This document shows, one piece after another, positions 59,647 through 64,000 of a stretch of DNA of 64,000 nt; the first letter of the stretch is position 1; each line of letters begins with the position of its first letter. Location: IMG/VR virus record IMGVR_UViG_3300049571_000258, positions 70,186 through 134,185 of that record. The stretch is one strand, 5' to 3'. Under the pieces are notes generated by a model, which was not told where the DNA came from, did not search any database, and was given only the letters and a program-made list of their open reading frames with translations. The translations under genes were made by a program, and so were the position numbers. The stretch comes from a virus. Lineage: Duplodnaviria; Heunggongvirae; Uroviricota; Caudoviricetes.

Positions 59647-59886
59647 AGGTCCACCTACCGCGGCTACGACATCAACGTGGAGCGCGCGCGGTGCCTGGGT
59701 GGCTGGGATCTCATCTACTACCAGATCGTGCGCAAGTCCGACGGGTGGTTCGCGCTCGACGCGTTCACGGACTCCGACGAGACGGTGCGCGAGGTCATGC
59801 GCTCGATGAAGATCCGCATCGACAACGAGCACAACGAGGAGGACCCATGGGGCGAGAGGGCGGAAGCCGAGGAGTGGGGTCGGTGA
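59644..59886 (+). CDS. hypothetical protein (80 aa)
   Basis: ATGA overlap; in frame with ORF 59620..59886. Confidence 0.45.
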   Translation: MRSTYRGYDINVERARCLGGWDLIYYQIVRKSDGWFALDAFTDSDETVREVMRSMKIRIDNEHNEEDPWGERAEAEEWGR

Positions 59887-59890
59887 AGCG

Positions 59891-60115
59891 ATGAGCGACC
59901 GGACGATCCATGCCACGACGCCAGACGGCGGCATGATCGTGCGCTACGAGAGGGCGGGCAAGTGGTACGTCGAGTGGCCCGCCGACCGGATGGTCCCGCG
60001 GCGCGCGATCTCGCTGAACGAGGCGGTGCGCCTGGCGACGCAGCGGGGCGCGTACGTGTATCTCGGCCAGCCCGGCGGGAGGGCGTTCGACGCCAAGGTC
60101 AGGGCGGCAGCGTGA
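59891..60115 (+). CDS. hypothetical protein (74 aa)
   Basis: ORF track. Confidence 0.45.
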   Translation: MSDRTIHATTPDGGMIVRYERAGKWYVEWPADRMVPRRAISLNEAVRLATQRGAYVYLGQPGGRAFDAKVRAAA

Positions 60116-60351
60116 GCGCGCTAGACGATGCGCGTCGCCTGATGGCGAGACGCGCACAACGCAAGGTGGCGATCCGGCGACTGGAGGAGGTCGCCTCGAT
60201 CGTGCACACGCTTCACGACAACCCGGTGTCCAAGGCCACCTTCGGCACAGAGCTAGACGAGGATGTGCGCGAGCGTCTGCGTGCGGTGGAGGATGAGGTG
60301 CGCGCGATCGCTCTCACGCTCGACAGCTACAACGAGGGCGAGGCCGTTTGA
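60112..60351 (+). CDS. hypothetical protein (79 aa)
   Basis: GTGA overlap; helical. Confidence 0.45.
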   Translation: MSALDDARRLMARRAQRKVAIRRLEEVASIVHTLHDNPVSKATFGTELDEDVRERLRAVEDEVRAIALTLDSYNEGEAV

Positions 60352-60373
60352 AGCACACGACGTGTGCTATCAT
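60348..60373 (+). promoter_or_regulatory. promoter/operator: TTGAAG ... gcacacgacgtgtgc + TATCAT
   Basis: Perfect half-sites GCACAC/GTGTGC; SD gagaggtag plus ATG 60433 downstream. Confidence 0.5.
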
Positions 60374-60432
60374 GCATCTCAGCAAATGACCCACGACCAG
60401 GGTCACGACCAAACAACCGAGAGAGGTAGACG

Positions 60433-61050
60433 ATGGACGTCATGGAGCAGGTGGCACAGACCGGCACCGACGAGCAGAAGAACGCGCTCGTGCAGGCCGC
60501 GCGCACCGTGCTGCGCGAGAAGCGCAAGCGCGACACGCTGGAGCAGCTGGCGGTCGACGAGTTCGAGAAGGACCAGACGCCCGACACCGCGCGACGACTG
60601 ATCGACGAGATCATCGAGACCAACGCCAACTACGCCGACAAGGTCAAGGCGGCGTACGTGGGTTTCCAGAAGGAGATCACCGGCCTGGACCCCGAGGAGA
60701 CCGAGCGCCGGTTCGCGATGGCGATCATGCAGTCCGGCATCACCGGCTTCACGATGACCCCCGACGGCGTGCGCCCGCTGGGCCAGGACGGCGAGCCGAT
60801 GGAGGCCGACGCGCTGGGCACCGACCTCCTCGCGGCGATGCGCGACATGATCGCCTCGCACCCCGGGGCGCTGCCCGACGAGATCGCCGAGGCGATCCAG
60901 ACCCTGATCGACGAACGGCTCGGCGACGAGATCGCGCCGCTGGCCGAGGCCGACCTGACCGGCGCGTTCGACGACCTGCCGGTCATGGAGAAGCCGTCCG
61001 ACGCGCACGAGGCGTTCGAGCGCTACCTGGACGACACCGGGAGGCGGTAG
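60433..61050 (+). CDS. hypothetical acidic protein (205 aa)
   Basis: ORF track. Confidence 0.55.
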   Translation: MDVMEQVAQTGTDEQKNALVQAARTVLREKRKRDTLEQLAVDEFEKDQTPDTARRLIDEIIETNANYADKVKAAYVGFQKEITGLDPEETERRFAMAIMQSGITGFTMTPDGVRPLGQDGEPMEADALGTDLLAAMRDMIASHPGALPDEIAEAIQTLIDERLGDEIAPLAEADLTGAFDDLPVMEKPSDAHEAFERYLDDTGRR

Positions 61051-61052
61051 AC

Positions 61053-61367
61053 GTGGATCACGGCAACGTCCGTGTCAAGGCGACCCGTAGCGAGGTGCTG
61101 CGGGTCGCCAGTGAGGTGACGAAGCTCCACCCGCTCCCACCCGAGGCGGAGCGTCAGCTGGAGGAGTACCTGACGACCGCGCCGCGGGTGGCGCGCGGCG
61201 CCACGAGGGCCTGGGCCGGGCCGGGCCTCACGTGCATGTGCCCGATGCGCGCCGTGTTCGGCGACGACTGGACCGACTACGAGAAGTGGGCGCACGAGTG
61301 GGACCGGGAGACGCGCTACGCGTTCCGCTCCATGCTCGCGACCATCATCGAGATCGAGGAGGACTGA
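61053..61367 (+). CDS. hypothetical protein, possibly a distant member of the small paralog family
   Basis: GTG start; ...WAGPGLTCMCPMRAVFGDDWTDYEKW... Confidence 0.45.
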   Translation: MDHGNVRVKATRSEVLRVASEVTKLHPLPPEAERQLEEYLTTAPRVARGATRAWAGPGLTCMCPMRAVFGDDWTDYEKWAHEWDRETRYAFRSMLATIIEIEED

Positions 61368-61370
61368 AGG

Positions 61371-61661
61371 GTGAAGACGTCAGAGGTCCTGCGCGCCGCG
61401 CGCGAGCAGCTGTCAGACCCGGCGAAGTGGTGGAAGGGCGAGCGCCCGCAGGCGGAGGGGACCGAGTGCGCGTTCACGGTGATGTACGGCGGCGGCCACG
61501 GCCTGGAGGCGTCACGGCATCTGCGTGACGCACTGGGCGTGACGAGCCTCGGTGCCCTGTTTCGCTGGAACGACGACCCGGCGACCACGCACGACGACCT
61601 GATGGCGCTCTACGATCGAGCCATCGAGATCGCCGAGGCCGAGGAGGGGGTGGCGGCATGA
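61371..61661 (+). CDS. small paralog family member (GWxQ...C..GAL...WND)
   Basis: VLRAAREQLSDPAKWWKGE...TECAFTVMYGG...RWNDDPATTHDDLMALYDRAIEIAE. Confidence 0.55.
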   Translation: MKTSEVLRAAREQLSDPAKWWKGERPQAEGTECAFTVMYGGGHGLEASRHLRDALGVTSLGALFRWNDDPATTHDDLMALYDRAIEIAEAEEGVAA

Positions 61662-61930
61662 AGACGGCGCGCGAGATCTTGCGCGAGGCGGCGGACCTGA
61701 TCGAGCGGGACGGCTGGGTGCAGGGCGTCTACCACTCCGAAGACGGGCGTCACTGCGCGGCCGGTGCGCTGAGTCGCGCACTGGCCGACGTGGACGACCC
61801 CGTCGCCTACGAGACGTACTCACTGCTGCTGGACGAGATCGGGTGGGTGGGCGTCCCGATGTGGAACGACACGGTCGCGACGTCGGGCCAGCAGGTGGTC
61901 GACACTCTGCGCAGGGCGGCGGAGCGATGA
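61658..61930 (+). CDS. small paralog family member
   Basis: AREILREAADLIERDGWVQGVYHSEDGRHCAAGALSRAL...MWNDTVATSGQQVVDTLRRAAE. Confidence 0.6.
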   Translation: MKTAREILREAADLIERDGWVQGVYHSEDGRHCAAGALSRALADVDDPVAYETYSLLLDEIGWVGVPMWNDTVATSGQQVVDTLRRAAER

Positions 61931-62337
61931 TCGACCTGCTGAGGGCGCGACGCGACGCGAGGAGGGCGCAGCGACAGGCGCGCGAGGCGCAAGCTACTGC
62001 GCGCCTCGCGGAGATCGCTGCCGACGAGGCGGAGGAGGCCCGTGACCGGGCGCTCGACGCAGCGGCTCGGACGGCGCTGCTGCTGGCGGCTGAGTACATC
62101 GAGCGCCACGGCTGGATCCAGGGCAGGATGGCGTCTCCCGAGGGCCTGTGCGCGATCGGGGCGCTGTCGAAGGCGTGCGACTCTTCAGCGCTCCGCAACG
62201 ACATCTACTTCGCGGCGGTGCGGCGTCTGCGCGGCGAGATCGACGAGGGCAACGTCGGGCAGTGGAACGACCAGCCGGGCATGCGCAAGGAGTTTGTGGT
62301 GGCGGCGCTGCGCAAGGCCGCCAGACTCACGACGTGA
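61927..62337 (+). CDS. small paralog family member with N-terminal coiled-coil extension
   Basis: ATGA overlap; ...AAEYIERHGWIQGRMASPEGLCAIGALSKA...QWNDQPGMRKEFVVAALRKAA. Confidence 0.55.
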   Translation: MIDLLRARRDARRAQRQAREAQATARLAEIAADEAEEARDRALDAAARTALLLAAEYIERHGWIQGRMASPEGLCAIGALSKACDSSALRNDIYFAAVRRLRGEIDEGNVGQWNDQPGMRKEFVVAALRKAARLTT

Positions 62338-62373
62338 GCTAGACTGCCTGAACGAAACGACTAGGAGGTAGGC

Positions 62374-62697
62374 ATGAGCATGAGGGAGTTGGACGAGGCC
62401 GAGAAGGTTCGCTCCGGGCGTCGGCTGCTCTCCGACGCAGCCGACGCGATCGAGCGCAACGGCTGGACGCAAGGCGAGACGATCAGTTCGACGGGCGGGG
62501 TGTGTGCGCTCGGCGCGATCGGTCTGGCGGCGGCCGAGCTGCCCGACCGCGACGCGCGATGCTGGGCGATCGTCGTCACGGCCAAGCGCATACTGCGCAA
62601 CGCGCTGCATGGGCCGATCGCCGAGTGGAACGACGCGCCGCGCCGCACGAAGGACGAGGTCGTGGCGAAGCTGCGGGAGGTGGCACAGAGTGGCTGA
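62374..62697 (+). CDS. small paralog family member
   Basis: SD ctaggaggtagg; ...DAADAIERNGWTQGETISSTGGVCALGAIGLA...EWNDAPRRTKDEVVAKLREVA. Confidence 0.6.
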   Translation: MSMRELDEAEKVRSGRRLLSDAADAIERNGWTQGETISSTGGVCALGAIGLAAAELPDRDARCWAIVVTAKRILRNALHGPIAEWNDAPRRTKDEVVAKLREVAQSG

Positions 62698-63133
62698 GAC
62701 GAAGAAGGCGCGTCGGTTGCGCTGGGCGCGCGCGCTGGAGTCGGGTGAGTTCCAGCAGGGCCGGTCGGCGCTGTCGGAGGATGACCGCTACTGCTGCCTA
62801 GGGGTAGCGTGCGAACTCATGGCGCGCGACGGTCTCCTGGAGCGCGAGGTGTCGTCGTGGGGCGGCGTGACGTACACGGACCCCAACGACCCGAACGACT
62901 ACGAAGTCGCGAACCTGCCGAAGGTCGTACAGGACTACTATGGGCTGAGCGGCGAGGACCCACGGGTCGACCTGCTCCATCTGCCCGAGGGCGCGATCCA
63001 CCCACGCTCGTCCGTGGACCGGAGGCTGCGCAACGCCAATTCGCTCGTGTCGCTCAACGACGGCTATGAGGCCTCGTTCGCGACGATCGCGCGCGTCATC
63101 CGCCTGGAGCCGGAAGGGATGGTGAAGCGATGA
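62690..63133 (+). CDS. small paralog family member (divergent)
   Basis: GTG start; ...GEFQQGRSALSEDDRYCCLGVACEL... Confidence 0.5.
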   Translation: MAETKKARRLRWARALESGEFQQGRSALSEDDRYCCLGVACELMARDGLLEREVSSWGGVTYTDPNDPNDYEVANLPKVVQDYYGLSGEDPRVDLLHLPEGAIHPRSSVDRRLRNANSLVSLNDGYEASFATIARVIRLEPEGMVKR

Positions 63134-63450
63134 GGGCGCGCGAGATCCTGAATGGCGCCGCCGACGTCCTGGAGAGCGCCGGGTGGTGCCAGCACGCGTA
63201 CGCGCGCACGGCGGATGGCGTGCCGGTCGCCTCCGGTCACGACGAGGCGGTCGAGTTCTGCGCCGTCGGCGCGATGAACCGCACCATCAAGGACACGTCG
63301 CCCGACGCTGGCGAGTACGGCGTCGCGCTCGACATGCTGGAGATCGCGATCGGCGGCTCGTACACGATCACGGAGTGGAACGACCGCGAAGGTCAGACCG
63401 CGCGGAACGTGATCTCGACGCTGAGGAGGGCGGCGGGGTGGCCGTCGTGA
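63130..63450 (+). CDS. small paralog family member
   Basis: AREILNGAADVLESAGWCQHAYARTADG...EFCAVGAMNRT...TEWNDREGQTARNVISTLRRAAG. Confidence 0.6.
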   Translation: MRAREILNGAADVLESAGWCQHAYARTADGVPVASGHDEAVEFCAVGAMNRTIKDTSPDAGEYGVALDMLEIAIGGSYTITEWNDREGQTARNVISTLRRAAGWPS

Positions 63451-63490
63451 CGAAGATGCATCAGACGGCCGAGTGGTTGGAGTTGAAGTC

Positions 63491-63808
63491 ATGACCCGCC
63501 GGACGATCACGCGCGAGCAGGCGATCGCGATGATGGAGCAGGCGCTCGAACTGACCTGGGTGAAGTACGGGGTGTGGTTGCCGCCGGAGGTGGCCGAGGC
63601 GCTGCGCGAGCATGCGCGCACCGCGCCGGTGCTCCTGCGCTCGATGTGGCAGGCGACCGACCCGAAGACGGGCGAGAAGTGCTACTGCCCGGCGGGGTCG
63701 ATCGGCGCCCCGATGGCCGCGAGGACGATGTTCGCGTGGGCGTGGGACGACGTGACGCCGTACGTGGAGCGGGGCGACATCGTGAGGCTGCTCGATGTCG
63801 TCGACTGA
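63491..63808 (+). CDS. small paralog family member (divergent)
   Basis: ...GEKCYCPAGSIGAPMAA...WAWDDVTP... Confidence 0.5.
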   Translation: MTRRTITREQAIAMMEQALELTWVKYGVWLPPEVAEALREHARTAPVLLRSMWQATDPKTGEKCYCPAGSIGAPMAARTMFAWAWDDVTPYVERGDIVRLLDVVD

Positions 63809-64000
63809 GCCGACGTACACCCTGCTGTACGACCCGGTGCAGCGGCGGCCGGGCTGCGTGTTGCTCCAGGCGGTGGCCGGGGCCGACATGGCGTTCTTCA
63901 ACGAGGTGTTCGGCGGCGCCGACAACTGGATCATCAACATGACCCCGGGCCTGCGTCGCGGGACCGCGACGCGCGCGGAGTGGGAAGCGGCGATAAGAGA
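63795..64000 (+). CDS. hypothetical protein, 5' part (runs off the window end)
   Basis: ATG 63795, open to the last base. Confidence 0.4.
   Translation, partial: MSSTEPTYTLLYDPVQRRPGCVLLQAVAGADMAFFNEVFGGADNWIINMTPGLRRGTATRAEWEAAIR

Overview
This is a high-GC (~68-70%) window that reads as one contiguous piece of a large actinobacterial phage or prophage genome. All coding is on the + strand except one gene, and genes are tightly packed, often with ATGA/GTGA start-stop overlaps. There are two tRNA islands with 19 tRNA genes by hand folding. Functions were called from motifs I could read directly in the translations. No BLAST, HMM or tRNAscan was run.

Layout, 5' to 3':
- A capsid-module fragment: portal, then a giant MuF-domain protein (1398 aa) that contains an HPRDRxG(R/K)(F/W) peptide motif and ends in an HExxH zincin-like domain. 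Three tandem shorter paralogs follow, each carrying the same motif and the same domain.
- A first tRNA island, then a Y-RNA-like element directly upstream of a clear Ro60/TROVE (Rsr) gene, followed by RNase HI.
- Auxiliary and nucleotide-metabolism genes: a protein with a double Clp N-domain repeat, nicotinamidase PncA, MazG, a DUF4406-like fusion protein, a dCMP deaminase, HNH endonucleases, an HTH-metallophosphoesterase, and a secreted polyproline protein.
- An SPFH protein, RecA, an S24 LexA/UmuD-type peptidase, an SGNH hydrolase, a DnaG-type primase, and a P-loop protein.
- The only minus-strand gene (a wHTH protein), sitting at a divergent promoter pair.
- An NlpC/P60 peptidase, a protein resembling the C-terminal domain of IS110-family recombinases, a second tRNA island of 7 tRNAs plus three odd tRNA-like units, and a ParB-like nuclease.
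- Two very large proteins (1160 and 831 aa), each with three copies of the HPRDR peptide motif; the first also has three peptidoglycan-binding repeats.
- A low-GC island and a tandem array of small paralogous proteins.

Most notable non-coding signal: a 15-bp palindrome GCACAC-N3-GTGTGC fused to a TAnnnT -10 box recurs at 14 or more promoters. It also forms the shared operator of the divergent switch at the minus-strand wHTH gene.
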